A stretch of DNA of 63,998 nucleotides, filler included, from Diploschistes diacapsis (taxonomy: Eukaryota), in assembly GCA_023645945.1 (NCBI GenBank). It is 4 parts of 4 records of this genome, joined end to end, with 100 filler letters (N's around TTAATTAATTAA, not from the genome) between each part and the next. Parts side by side here need not be neighbours in the genome. Positions count along the whole stretch, not along the records: positions 1 to 16,270 come from JALAIB010000515.1; 3 more parts are not named here. One strand, given 5' to 3'. This document shows positions 1-13,303 of this stretch, piece after piece. How positions within the stretch are numbered: the first letter of the stretch is position 1; every line of letters starts with the position of its first letter. The notes beneath the pieces were generated by a model. That model worked only from the letters and a program-made list of their open reading frames with translations. It was not told the DNA's origin and made no database searches. Both the position numbers and the translations under genes were made by a program.

Positions 1-57
1 CCCCCCCCCCCCCCCCCCCAAAAAGAATCGAAAGTGCTCTCACTAAAAGGGTAACAG

Positions 58-1178
58 ACCCACTCGCTGACCAAGCAGGTCAACAGCCATTACCTTCCAA
101 AGCTGCTTGAACACCATCCATTGAACCCGAAAGCAGAACACGAAATAGCTGCTCGGAACCGGTTGTTTAATGTTGATGGCTTTGGTCTTGCATACTACAC
201 CACCGCACAGTCATCATTCACCCAATCGATAGGGTCGATGCCGGTCCTGTATAAATCGGCTCAGCCCCCTCTTCATGACACCAATTTTCGGTCACTGGCA
301 GTGAACACCAGCACCTTGGCCCTCTTTGCTCATATCAGGGCTGCCACAGCTACTCCAACCGTCCAAGTCAATAATCATCCTTTCGCATTTGGGCGTCATT
401 GTGTCATGCACAATGGAGTTATTGGCAACTTTGTTACTATCGCAAGGGACTTATGCATGCTGTTGGATGACGATGCGTACAGCAACATCACTGGAAGCAC
501 CGATAGCGAACACTTTGCAGCGTTATACATAACATATCTGTGTCGAGGGCGCGGAAAGGAAGCCTGGAGCGCAACTTACAGCGTGCAGCAGATGAGGGAT
601 GCCCTGATACAAGCCATGGTAACGATTTTCGAATTGCAAGTGAAGAAGCTTGGTGTGATGGCGCCTGCTAATAGTCTAAATGGTAAGTCTTATCGTTCTT
701 GACGAATGAAAGCTTGGGGAAGAGTGCAATCTGTGCAACGCTGAGCTCCTCTTGAGTGGGTATAACGCAGCTGCTTCAAGCAAGCTTTCAGCTGGCTGGG
801 ACGATCGGCTTTCAGATCTACAGATGGACGCTAATTCGATCTCATTTAGTGGCAACAAGCGATGGTGAGAGGCTGGTTTGCATAAGGGTCAGGAACCATG
901 CAATAGAGCAGCCTCCAAGCCTTTACTGGAGCACAACAGCTGGAACCACACTCAACTCGAAGTTTCCGGATCATCCGGATGGCTTGACGAACAGTAATGC
1001 TGTCAAAGGAGCCGAAGAGCATGGCGAACATATCATAGTAGCAAGCGAGCCGAGCACTTACAAAGCAGCGGAGTGGAACCTCATTGAGAAGAACCACTGC
1101 CTCTTATATGATGGGACGTTGCGGCTGGAAGAAGTCCAATATCCCATAAAGCTAAACTCCAGCGTGGATAGCCTGTAG
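58..1178 (+). CDS. Class II (Ntn) glutamine amidotransferase, DUG3/YafJ-like; 5'-truncated at the contig start
   Basis: Motifs NVDGFGLAYY, HIRAAT, NNHPF, MHNG, GSTDSEH and IIVASEPST. Exon starts after AG at 56-57 (THSLTKQV); intron 683-849 (GTAAGT...TTTAG). Confidence 0.85.
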
Positions 1179-1483
1179 AGGAGTTTTGGAAATTGGGTTG
1201 ATCGATATGGTAGGATGTGACGAAACCGGAAAGTGCAAGCATACCTCGAGGCAGCGATTAGACTCTCTCGGAAAAGGGGTTGAGTCCTGTCTGAACAGCG
1301 ATAAATCGATGGTGGCTGACAAGGTTTCAGGAGTCACGTCTACTATGAAGCCATTAGAACTTTCTCCTCGTTTTCAGCAACCGCAGACTAAATCGTACAT
1401 CAGCAGCGTTTTCTCCTTTCCTCCACAACATTCATTACTATCTCAAAAGCCTCTGCGAGGAGAACGCTCTAGCTGCTAGTCAA

Positions 1484-2785
1484 TCATGACAGAAGATCGG
1501 CAACTGCAGGCTAGTTAGTAGGCTCGAGTGATCGGTGGACGGAACCACAGACCGTTCATTGGCATCTCATCAATTTGAGTTGAGTAATATAGCTCAATGT
1601 CTCGAAGAATCCTGACGTCCTCGCTCGTGACGAAATTGATAGCCACACCTTTCCTGCCGAATCTACCACTTCGGCCGATACGGTGGATGTAGTTTTCACG
1701 ATTGCTCGGCAGATCGTAGTTAATGACAAGCGAGACTTGCTGTACATCAATCCCTCTGGCCCAGACGTCTGTAGAGATGAGCACGCGCGAGTTGCCCTGT
1801 CTGAAATCCTGCATAATGCTGTCGCGTTCCTTCTGGGGCATTTCTCCATGCATGCTTGAAACTGTGAAGTTCGCTTCGCGCATTTTGTCGGTCAACCAAT
1901 CCACCTTTCGCCGGGTATTGCAGAAAATCACAGCTTGCGTGATGGTCAACGTGTCATAAAGATCGCAGAGCGTATCGAATTTCCACTCTTCCTTCTCCAC
2001 CGCGATGAAGTATTGTTTGAGGCCCTCGAGCGTCAATTCGTCGCGCTTCACTAGAATGCGAACAGGGTCAGTCATGAATTTCGTGGTCATGTCGAGGACA
2101 TCGTAGGGCAGGGTCGCAGAAACAACCACCACCTGAGTAGCTGGGGGCAGATAGCGGTAGACATCGTAGATTTGCTCCCTGAATCCTCGATTCAGCAGCT
2201 CGTCGGCTTCGTCAAGAACGAGCATCTTGATATGACGCGTGCGCAAATTCCGACGACGTATCATGTCAGCCACGCGTCCTGGTGTACCAGAAACTATGTG
2301 CTGACCATAGTCCAGCTTCCGAATGTCCTCGCCGACGTTGGTACCTCCAATGCACGCATGGCATTGCACATTCATGTAATCGCCAAGCGCCATGACAACT
2401 GACTGTATTTGGGTCGCAAGTTCTCGCGTTGGTGAAAGTACAAGGGCCTGGGTCTCTCGCACGGCTGTGTCGATTACCTGCAGCATGCTGATCGAGAAAG
2501 TTGCAGTTTTCCCGGTGCCGGATTGCGCCTGAGCTATTGTGTCGCGGCCTTTACAGATTTGGACAATTGCTCGCGACTGGACTGCTGAAGGTGATTCATA
2601 GCCATAAGCGTATATTCCACGCAACAGGTTCTCTTTCAGATGCATTGCTTCAAATGTTGGGGCAACTGTTACTTCCTTGGAGGTAGAGAACTCCATTCTC
2701 TCTGTTTGGCACGTTAGTCGAACTGCTGTTTGATTGAAAATGAGAAGACAGCACCGTCCAGTTTCTTATCTATGCCTTCAGCCAT
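1484..2785 (-). CDS. FAL1: ATP-dependent DEAD-box RNA helicase eIF4A-III/Fal1
   Basis: [15 protein letters not shown] and [13 protein letters not shown] motifs; GRDTIAQ and TLEGLKQYF are typical of eIF4A3. Short first exon [10 protein letters not shown] and last exon VADLLS* are joined by GT-AG introns. Confidence 0.95.
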
Positions 2786-2987
2786 GTTGGCGATCGCGTG
2801 TTCGCCAATGTTGGTAGATCCTTTGGATGACAGTAGTTGCGGTGGTGACTTGATGCTTTCGATAAGAGTAGTGGTGAGGAAAAACCCCTACAGAACAATG
2901 TGGGTCCAGGGAATATTGTTGTTCCCAGAAGTTTAACAGAATGTCTTGGCGGTCGTGCCGTGAGTAGGAAGAAGAAAAGAGAGTGAA

Positions 2988-3009
2988 TATTATTATTATT
3001 ATTATTATT
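2988..3009. repeat. (TAT)n microsatellite in the FAL1/PRP9 divergent promoter
   Basis: tattattattattattattatt. Confidence 0.85.
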
Positions 3010-3166
3010 TATTTAAGTTAATGTAGTTTTTTGAATAAGATGAAATTGTACATTTCTAGCGTTATTTTCGTTTGAGAACATTTGGATCTAAGATTGCTAT
3101 CACCTACCTCGGTAGTTTTTGGAGAGACACCCCGGCCTTCAAACTGAGACTTCTTAACCAGTTACC

Positions 3167-4759
3167 ATGTTATTGGAGGATATCCGGCTCGCCCAGGAAG
3201 ACCTGGAGCGGCTTGAGCAGGGAATAAGCGATCGGTTTTCAGAAGATCCAAAACATGTAAGGTCTTTATAACGTAGCGTTGTTCGCAGACTGATGGAGAT
3301 ACAGATCCGAGATCGTCTGGCTAGAGATCACCAGATCGCAGGCTTTCTGACAAGGATTCAGGACCAGTCCCGTCATCTTCGCGGCCTTTACGCTGAAAGT
3401 GAAGCTCGAATGAAAGAGATACAGTCAATTTCGACGGGCGATCCCTTCGACGAATTCTATAAACACCTGAATGATATAAAGAGCTTCCATCGCAGGTATC
3501 CAAATGAACCGGTTGAAAACCTTGAGCGGGCATATAAGCGACGGATACCCGTGGAAGGGGAATCGGCAACTGCTGAGGTCGACAACATGTTTACTGGGGA
3601 AGAAGCATGGGGGAGATTTCTGGATCTAACAGTGCTACATGAGGAGTACCTGAACCTTCCCGGGGTAAAGCGGTTGACATATTTGCAATATCTGGACACC
3701 TTTTTCATCTTTACGCAGCCACAATGCCCCATCAAACGTGAAAACAAACAAAACGACAAATACTTTACTTACGTTGGCCAACTTGCTACGTATCTGGAAA
3801 ATTTCTTACGACGTACGCGACCCTTAGAAGACCTTGACAAGACGTTTGCTGCGTATGATAAGGAGTTCGAACGGCTGTGGGAAGCAAATGAAATAGCTGC
3901 GTGGACGGCTGAGGCGATCGTAGGGCCAGCTGCTCCAGATGGTGATGGTAAAGAAGGACTCTGGTGCACAGAGTGCATGAAGGAATTCAAGAATGAAAAC
4001 GTTTATAACGCGCATCTCAAAGGGAAGAAACACATGAAGGCTGTGGACGCTAGGAAAACTCAAAACCCAACAGACAGTACACAGTCCAATTCAACTAGCC
4101 GAGCAAGTGCTCAGCGCTTGAAGCAGCGCGCCATTGCTGAGCGTGAGTATCGCGTCTCTTCCCTTGCATCTGTACTGTCTTCTGTCCGATCTGCGACCCG
4201 CATCAATGTAGAGCGCAGACAGGGTATGACAGAGCGTGAGCGCCAACAAGAGCTCGAGGCACTCTTTGCTCAGTCAAATGATACAATACTAGCTGGAGGC
4301 GAGGATTCTGGTAGTGAATCCGAATCGGAGGAAAAGATCTATAACCCTCTGAAGTTGCCGCTCGCCTGGGATGGCAAGCCAATTCCGTATTGGCTATATA
4401 AGCTTCATGGCCTCGGGGTTGAGTTTCCATGCGAGGTTTGTGGAAACTTTGTCTACATGGGCCGTAGGGCTTTCGATAAGCATTTCAGCGAAGCAAGGCA
4501 CATTTACGGACTGAAGTGCCTTGGCGTAACCAATACTACCCTCTTCAGGGATATAACAGGCATCGACGAGGCGCTGAAGCTGTGGGATAAGATGCAGACG
4601 GACAAGAAGGTCGAGTCAACGAAACAAGATATTGTCCAAATGGAAGATGCAGAAGGCAATGTTATGCCAGAAAAGGTTTACTACGAGTATGTATCGCTTC
4701 TACTTCATATCTGACGGATGCTAATTATTGTTAGTCTACAAAAGCAAGGCCTATTATAG
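3167..4759 (+). CDS. PRP9: Splicing factor SF3a subunit 3 (Prp9/Sap61/SF3A60)
   Basis: YNPLKLPLAWDGKPIPYWLYKLHGLG, zinc finger CEVCGN...HFSEARH, and EDAEGNVMPEKVYYDLQKQGLL. Introns at ~3257-3304 and ~4687-4734. Confidence 0.95.
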
Positions 4760-5104
4760 GCAAGCTTAACCGGCCGTTACTAACATGGCTTCGAGCGGTT
4801 GACAGCCTGAGTCCTGCCGGATACCGTGATCTGGGCCTCCGGCACTTCCACCTTCCCACAGAACGTGGTGCCGTGGCGGTGAGAATCCTTCCATGCTGTA
4901 TGCTGTCACGAATAATGACAAAAGAGCCAAGGTAGAATGAGGATCTTTGTGTGAAGAATGGTCTTGCGGAACGTATGTTAACTTCCCATGTGTGAGCCAT
5001 TCTGCCATTATTGGCTTTTGATGGCTCTCCTTTCCTGTCGGCGGCCCTTATCTCGGCCCGTATCTCTAGAAGCAAAAAAAGGGCATGGCTTTAATCAGGC
5101 ATTC

Positions 5105-7074
5105 TTATCCCTCATCCTCACTCATGACCATCATGGACTCTTCACCTGCATCTGTCATTGCGCGAAAGGTGCTTGTCCTTCCCTTACCCTCTGATGCGGT
5201 TGGAGCATTGTGTAAGCCTCGATTCTCCGAGACCCTCTTCAGGGCAGCCTTGGCGTTGCTCTTCTTCCGGTCGATGTATTCGGCAAATTCTTGCTCAATT
5301 CGAGCATCATTGCTGTCCTTTTCATCTACAATGGTATTGCCGACGGCACCAGTCCTCGCAAGTTCCTCTAGAGCCCTGCCCAAGAGGTCAGTTGCAACGG
5401 GATCCTGCGCCTGGACACCTAAAGCCTCATGAAAAGCACAGACAGCTTCCCAAGGATTTCCAATCTCCAGCAAGACAAGACCTTTGGCACAGTATGTTCC
5501 GCAATCTTTACCTCCTTGTCGAAAAACCTCATCAAACTGCTTAAGTGCCTGTTCCCACTGGCCTTGACGACGATATGCATGACCAAGGTTGGCTCGGGTA
5601 GCAATCCAGGCTTTCGGATCGGCGTCCACGTCTGTAGCCAACACAAGCGCTTGCGTAAAAAGTTGTATGGCAGGAACTAGGTGATCCAGGTGATAGTAAA
5701 CAACACCGAGCTCATTAAGCACCAATGGATCCGTCGAGCAGAGATCGTGTGCCGTATTCAGGTACTCTTGCGCAAGAGTCGTGTTATTCAGAAGTAAATT
5801 TTGCATGCCAAGGAACAGTTGCGGCAAATGCGTGCCTTGAAACAGTCGCACGGCCGTACTGTATGCGGATATTGCTTGGTCATGCTCGCCTTCAACAGCG
5901 AAAGTGTGAGCAAACCCGATCCAAGCCGGACCGAAATGGGGGTCCATCATGCTTGCCTTGGAGAAGTAACGCCTAGCTTCGGCAATTCTTGAGATCGAAA
6001 GGTAGTAAACGCCAACAGCAAACCAAGTTGCAGGTTCTTCAGGATGATGATCGGCCAATCGGTGGGAGACGAGGAAGAGCGCGTTGGTTTCACCGAGCTC
6101 GTGTAGACAAGCAAGATGTACCGGATAGACGGCGAAGTTGTATTCGTCAGCTTCTAGGATGGCCGAGGTGATGGCCAGAGCTTGCTTGAATCTACACTGA
6201 GTAAATAGCAAGTCGGCCTTGGCCAGCAAAATGTCGTGATTATCCGAGAGTCTGTAGTGGGTCGAGAGTGTCTCTTGTGCGTTCGTGAATTCTGCCGGGT
6301 TTTTGTACTTCGAGAGCCTGATAGTGTAAAGCATTTTGATGAAGTGGGCAGCTTCTTGTGAGGATGATGAATCTGTCGACGGTAGCGAATCGAAGTTCAA
6401 AGAGTCGAGGAACTCCCATTCCTCGTCCGGGGACATAAGAGAGTTTTTCATTAGCTGATCGAATGCCTCGAAGCACTGGACGTCTATCCGTACAGCATCT
6501 TTGTAGCAGTCTTTGGCTCTGTCGAAAGCGTTCTGCTTTGCGTAACAGATCCCCCTCAGGTAGCACATAGCCGCCTCCGCCTTGACATCTGCCGCATCTT
6601 CCCTTTCCCTCTCTTCGCTCTTTTCGATGTGATCAGGCCGTTTCTGCTTTGAGCCTTTGCCGTGTAGATCCCGAGAACTGCTAGCTGCATGCTGGAGCTT
6701 CCGTCTTGCTTTGCTCGTTGTGTTTATCAGGTGCGTTGGAGTTTTCTCTCCCAAGAGTAACAAAGCCTCGTCAAATCTGGATTGTCTGACTTGGCAGTGC
6801 GCCGCGAGATAGCGGCTTGAGGGACTATAATCGATCAATTTGTGCGTCACTAGGAAGCTCTGCGCTCTCGTAAAATTCCCCGTCGAGAAGTGAACTTGAG
6901 CCAGCCAAAAGGCATCCTTGGGGTCGTCTGTTTAGGGTTAGCCAGTGTTCTCGAATGGTAGTTAGAGTGAAGCGTGCTCGTGATCGCAAGGAGCTTATCC
7001 CCTACATAAATGGCAGAGTCGTATTGATGTTTGTTCAAGGCATCTTGCCGCCAATCCCTCAATAGCTGCTCCAT
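5105..7074 (-). CDS. CDC16: APC/C TPR subunit Cdc16/Cut9 (APC6)
   Basis: WRQDALNKHQYDSAIYVGDK, DAFWLAQVHF, EARRYFSKASMMDPHFGPAWIGFAHTFA, HDQAISAYSTA and TPR repeats. One intron, 6977-6928. Confidence 0.95.
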
Positions 7075-8304
7075 TCCAACGCTAGATCCATTCAATCTGT
7101 GTAGCTTTTCCGCACAAACCAATGATCATTATGGGTGTCCATCCAAGGCTTTGGTAGTGTGCTGAACACCGTAGAACTCGGGCATTAAGTAGCTCTTACT
7201 TGTTAACAGCTGCTGAGCTAATGTTATGCCCAAGTTACGAGGCAACGTGTCTAGGGAAGCAAGGGCGACGGTTTTTCATTTCAGTCTTAATACGCGGCTG
7301 ACAACACGCGGTACTGTATCATTCCTTCGCTCCCTAGAATTTCGCTTGTTAAATCATTTGTAAATCAATAATGGGCACTCTGTCGGGTGTACACAGGGTT
7401 GTGTGTCGTGACGAGCACCGGGTATGCCACCCCAGATGTATCTACATTTGTTATCGGGATATTTGACTACCTACCTACACAGTAGTAGTAATGATCGGAT
7501 CATAATTCAGTCACAACCGTAAATGTATAACAGTAGCCGGATTATTCTAGAGATAGTAGAGTATAGCCAACGCGCGATACTGTACCACTAGGAACTTCCG
7601 AATCTTTGTCCGAAGGAAATATGATCGAAGCAATACTTTGTATAGAACTTGTCAATGACTTGTACAATTACACTCACACCATATGAGCATGTAGGCAGCT
7701 GCCTGGCGCACAAAGATACTAAAGCTACATCGCCCACTGGTCTGTACTGGCAATTCTTTGCAACCGTAGTAAAACTGGGAGCACAATAGAACTATATTCC
7801 GTATGATGCGTTTGTGTTCTACCTAGACATCGCGAACGTTCCGACAACCCTGAACTAACATGAACGATGAAGAACGATACTAAATGGTATCGCGAGAAGC
7901 GGCTCAATCTCTTGTCCAAAGGCTTCTGCCAAATTTGTCCCACCAACCCTCCTCATCCGCCAATCCATTAACCTATCAACAAAGGCCAGTACGGAGAAAC
8001 TTCTTGGCTATATATAGGGTTCCGATTTCTTGAGAATAGCATATTGATGTTACAGTAGCTCCGCCGACGCTTTAAGGTATGTTGTCTCGGTCTCCGCTGC
8101 AAAACAGGCGACGAGGCCGATGAAGTTCTTGGCGAGGCTGATAGCAGCCTGACAAAAGTGCCAACGTCGAGTCTCGAGTATGGCGATATCTCCTAGGGCG
8201 GAACAGTGACTGCGAAGGAGCAGATCATTCTCCTAAAGAGTGTGAGAAACGGATTCGGCTGTCCCTTGCCGGATCCTATGTTCTAAACTAACAGGCATCC
8301 GCGC

Positions 8305-9773
8305 CTATTGCCAGTCTAAGCTCCAAATTGGTGCTCCTTTCCTAAAGGGCACAATTTCGACACCTGGCCCTTGGAAAGATTCCACAACTCTTTCTTCGCC
8401 TTTGGTGAGCAGGATATGCCTCGAGCTAGGCGCTATTCCATAGTATTGCCGTCCCCACCCCCCAAGGAAGCCTCGGAGCAAGTCCTCCGTTATTAAATCC
8501 TCGTCAATTTCCCCTCTCTCAACGGCCTCTTCTAAAGCAGAAAGAACATACTGGCACGCATATGGTTGAGTGAAGACCCCTGGTGACGCTTGCGAGGTTC
8601 CGATCTTCGAGCTGATATGATGAGCTAACAGAGAAGCGAAAGAGGATATTAGCAACTAGCACCATAGAACGCAAGACTTGTGAAGTAAGTGATTCATCTA
8701 GTAACCAGCGCAATGGAACATAGAAGTTTGGAAGATGAAAGACACTCACGGGCGCTGTCTGTCCCAAGGAAGTACTTCCCCTTACCATGAACAACCGCAT
8801 TCAGGAGAGCTTTGCGGTCCAGCGGTAACTTCTTCCAATAAGAAAACGATATAGATTTAGCATAGGCGCGTTGAATACCTTTGCAACAGGTTTGCAGTAG
8901 TTGAACTAGACCTGTCAGCTTTCCGTCGCATGCATTCTAATATTATTGAACATACCACATTGCCGGCCCAATCATCAACCACAAGGGATAAATGGTGAGC
9001 TGTGATTGTGCCTACGACGTTAGCATCACACGATTTAATCCACTCGCATGCTTCTGCTGTAGTAACATGTTCCATTACAATCTTCAGTTTTGGGAAATTC
9101 TGGTGAAGCTCCTTTAGGGTAGGCAGGAAGGCGTTCTCTGCATTCATGACAGTGATATTGTCACAACAGTTGCTGGATGCCTCGCCATGGATGTTCAGCG
9201 TTAACCCTATCTCTTCCATTGCCGCAAATACAGGGTAGAATGTCTTGTAGGAGACTACACCGTCTTCACTGTTCGTTGTAAGGTTCTTAGGATATGACTG
9301 TGACTGGATTAGTGGCTTCAATAGCGTTGGTTCTTGTCCATCAGACTTTAATTCCCACGATACCGGCCTTTTTGGCCGCATATATGGTCTCTGGAGTTAT
9401 GCTGGGGTGCAGATATAACGTCATCAAAAAAGTGACTTCTGATGATAGTGCATGTAGGCGCTCCCTACGTCGCAAAAGGTACATTTCGTTTCAGCCTGCT
9501 TAGATTCCTCAAGTCGCTCTTCAAAAGCCGACTGACCTGTAACCCAACGCCATTTCGATAGTCGTGATGGGCGGTTGCGTATTTGGCATGACATATACCA
9601 CATCACAGCCTCCAGCAGCGATAGTTGGTATGACAACCTTTGAGCAAATCAATTTAGCATCTGTGGCTATGGGACGCACTAAGTAGCAAATTAACCTTTG
9701 ATATCTCGCCATCTCGTAGATGAGAATGGAAATCAGCTGCAGCGGGGAGCAGGTACGAGTTCTTGAGGGGCAT
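8305..9773 (-). CDS. URA4: Dihydroorotase (homodimeric type), multi-exon
   Basis: DFHSHLRDG, VYVMPN, LNIHGE, IVMEHVTT, TITAHHL, YCKPVAK, LGTDSAPH and GVFTQP, assembled across several GT-AG introns. Confidence 0.93.
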
Positions 9774-10759
9774 CTCAGCAGACACAGATACCTAGTTAAT
9801 CAGAAGTGTGTAAGGTTAAGAGCTCTGATATAAGGTAGGTAGAGATAGATAGTTAGAGAGAGGGAGGGAGAGTATGAAGTGGGCATTGACCCGAGCCACG
9901 TGACAGCCATGGTGTTTTGGTGTTTTGGTGGTTTTTTGCGAGCAACGAGCATGCCAAAGCTTTTCCGCTATCCCACCTAGCTCAGTTTTCTAAATGCAAA
10001 AATCATACCTTCGAGTGTTTCCTTTGGCTTAAATGACCGACTGGGTATTTAGATGTGGAAAACACATGAATGGTCACAGTATCATGTGCTAAAAATAATG
10101 CCATGCTCCAATACAGCGACAACATCAAATAATTTGAATGGATCTTAACAAGTGCTTTTGGCCAACGTAAAGTGAAAAAAAAATATCTTCAACCGCCCCG
10201 CACTATGCAAGTTTCCCCCTTTGGATACGATTTAAGCTAAAAGCTGCTGGACTTCTGGACAAAGAGCACGTTCAGAGGTTGCAAGTTGACTGAAAAGAAC
10301 ACAAAAGATAGGAACAGGCTGGGCACCAACACAATTTCTCCTGGAAAGCCACTCCATCCCTAAATGCAATCCGCCAGATTTGCTTAGATTCTCAAGATCA
10401 CCTATGCTGAACATTACTTTTGACTTAGCGCACCAACACCTAGCAGCCTCGCTCGCCTTACATGAGCCAATTCGCTATGCTTCCCAAACCGCAAAAGTAA
10501 AAGCAGAGATTTATGTGCCGGAAGCTCTTGCGTATCCTGAACACAGCAGATGCTTTTTGACAAAACTCCCTCCTGTATGGTAAGCTTCCTGAGTTGACGA
10601 ATGCAGGCCTTTCTTGCACAATTTTGGTTGGCCAATCAAAGAGCGCAATAGACTCAAAAATCGACGCCGCCGATTCATCTACCATAATGGAGCCGCCGAT
10701 CGCGAGTATTGCGTCGTTCTAGCGAACTGAAGTCCGGAGGTGTCGCAGGAATGGATGCT

Positions 10760-12893
10760 TTAGGTTGGCGACTTGTTCGTATTAGCACCGTTCCTTCGAG
10801 ATTCTTCGTTCATTGACAGACTACCGAGACCAGAGGAGAGGAACGCAAAGGGATCTTCGCCAGTATTTGTGCCGCCATACCCAGCCCCGTAGGAGGCTCC
10901 GTTGGAAGCATTATTGGATTGCGTGCCATTGCCCGCGGCAGCAAAGGCAGCCTCAGCAGCACGACTGTCGAACGGTCCAGAAGAGTGGCCAGCAGCAGAG
11001 TGAGAATAGGCTGGATTACTCATCGGCTGCCACGCTCCCGTTGGAGCGCCGAGACCGGACGGAAGAGCATAGGTACTAGAGGGGCCACCATAAGTATTAG
11101 CGCCAAAACCGCCAGACCCATAGCTACCTGCCGGCGCAGCGAAAGGACCTGGAGGACCGGGTGTCCCTCCCATTGACGGTCCCATACCATATGCCGAGGG
11201 TGGATCCATTGGAGAGGTGAAAGACGAATCTGCGACCACAGCGGCACCAGCTCTGCTTGCGCCGCAACGGAGGCAGCTGATATTTTTGGCAAAGTTATGG
11301 TAGCCACATCCTTCTGAGCCACACTTCCAATCGCCTGCGCGAAACGGAACCATACCTCCACCACCTCCCATGCCCCGACCGTGGCCCATGCCATGACTCC
11401 CATGATGGCCTATGTGGTGAGGGGCCATCATATGAGGGCCTCCATAATTATATCCGGAATAGCCCATGGGGTCTCCGCTGGGACCACCGGAGACTGCAGG
11501 ATAAGAGCACCGGAAACATGCAGTCCGTCGCTGGAAATTGGAAAATCCACAAGAGGGGCAGGTCCAATCACCTGGCCTTGGGCGGTTCTTACTAGGCGGG
11601 AAAGGCGTCAATATTTCCGCGGCTCGATCAAGGACACGACTTGAGGACGGTGATACCTCAATCGCTTTTTCGCTCAGAGCGCGACCGTTCATGCACAAGC
11701 TTTCGGCAGCCTATGCCCAGGTGTTAGTAAAATTTGATTCCAACTAGTTTGATGCCGGTGGATACCACATGGGTTGTCCAGTATTATGCCAGTCTAGGCA
11801 ACGGAAAAAGGGATCAGAAACTATGAGAACAACTTACTTCTTCATGGGAAGAAAAGACAGCAAACCCAGAACCAGTGGGTTTGTGCTGATCGGGAGTCCT
11901 CAGAGTCCAGAATGCAATTGGCCTGCCACCAAATTGCGTAAACCAACTTTCGAGTTCCGACTGTGTAGTGTCGTGAGGGAGACCACTCATGTGAAGAACC
12001 TTGCTTCTCTCGGAAAGAAAAGCACGAACGTCAGCTCTGGCATCCATCGGGCGGCTCAGAACATCGGGATGTTCATGCGGGGGCTGAGATTTGCGAATTA
12101 AACCTCTCAAAACCCTTGCCAAAGTGACGGCCTCTTCCATTGCACGACGAGGGGACGAAGGAGCCAAGGCTTGTAAATGAAAGGGAAGATTATGCTTGAT
12201 GGGAGCAGACGATTGAACAGCCTCAACCTCGAGAGCAGCACAGATATTGGACAGGGAGCTCGGCCCGAATGGCAACGACTCGGGATGGTACTGTTGCCAA
12301 CGCTGATACTCGGTGCGCAGATCGAAGGTTCGGGAGTGCTGCAGGTACGGAGGAAGCACCACGGCCTTGTCCCGGGCCTCGCGGGGGAGCTGTACCCGGA
12401 GATCCCATGAATCGAGCGTGACAAAAGCGAATTCAAGATTGTTGGCCAACAGGTGCTCCTGTGCAAAGGAATCGAACCGGTTTATTGCGTCGCGAAACGT
12501 GCCTGCAGCTCGCACATGTTCCCATGTTAAGGTCGTCAAACTTGCTGGACGTCGGTCAGCCTCCCACCGATTCTTTCCTTCCCGTTCCCAAAAGGGAACA
12601 TGCGACCAACTTACTGCAGAGCGGAGTTATGGGTGTATTGACGGGCTTGACCAGGACGCTCTCACGGTGGATCTGGAATTGATCAATATGGCTTCGATCC
12701 AGTGGGAGAAGACAGGCTTGGGCCTCCTATTGCGTACTTCTTCACAGCTTTTCGCGTCGAGCAAGATCCAGCCAAACTCAATACATTCGGCCGAGTCCTT
12801 TGTAACGTAGACGCCGTGTTCGTCACAAGTGGTAGCAATGTGCTGAATGACGTATCTGTCAAGCTTTGTTTGATTGGATTGGGAAGTGCTCAT
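10760..12893 (-). CDS. NRP1: Nrp1/Arp-type RNA-binding protein: exonuclease-like domain, RRM and two RanBP2 zinc fingers
   Basis: HIATTCDEHGVYVTKDSAE; RRM (VLHMSGLP...GSGFAVF); RPGDWTCPSCGFSNFQRRTACFRC and RAGDWKC...NFAKNISCLRC; Gly-rich tail. Three introns. Confidence 0.88.
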
Positions 12894-13063
12894 TGCTTGT
12901 TTGAAGGCTCTGAAAGATCTGCTCACCGAGCAGGTCAAAGCGACGTGGGAGTTTTGAATGGGGTGGGAAAAAACGATAGAAGGAGAGGAAGTAGTTTCTC
13001 GGCAAGTGGAGCGCCAAGTGTTGGGTGCCCCAGTCCATATACTCTCAGCCTGTACAAAAAGTA

Positions 13064-13303
13064 CTAGGGATTGTGCCTGTGCGGAATACTAGTAGCATGT
13101 ACTTGCTAGCACCAAAGTACTCGGATACTTCTAGGTAGGTTCTAACAGTTCGTCCTAAACTTCGCTTCTCGCTTCTTGCACCAGTGCACTGCTTCTATAT
13201 CCAAAGCATTCTGCTAGTAGCAGTAGCTTAGACTATACTTGAATTCTCTAGGCACCTACCTATACTAGTAGGTACGCACCCCCTAGTATTCCGCAGTCCC
13301 TAG
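13064..13303. repeat. Nested imperfect inverted repeat (fold-back) upstream of NRP1
   Basis: ctaggga(13064)/tccctag(13297); tgcggaatactag(13080)/ctagtattccgca(13283); taggtaggt(13132)/acctaccta(13254). Confidence 0.55.

Noticed and set aside
7100..8300. Possible snoRNA or micro-exon host (AG...GTATGT near 8056-8082)
   Set aside because: No convincing C/D boxes, rRNA guide or reading frame.
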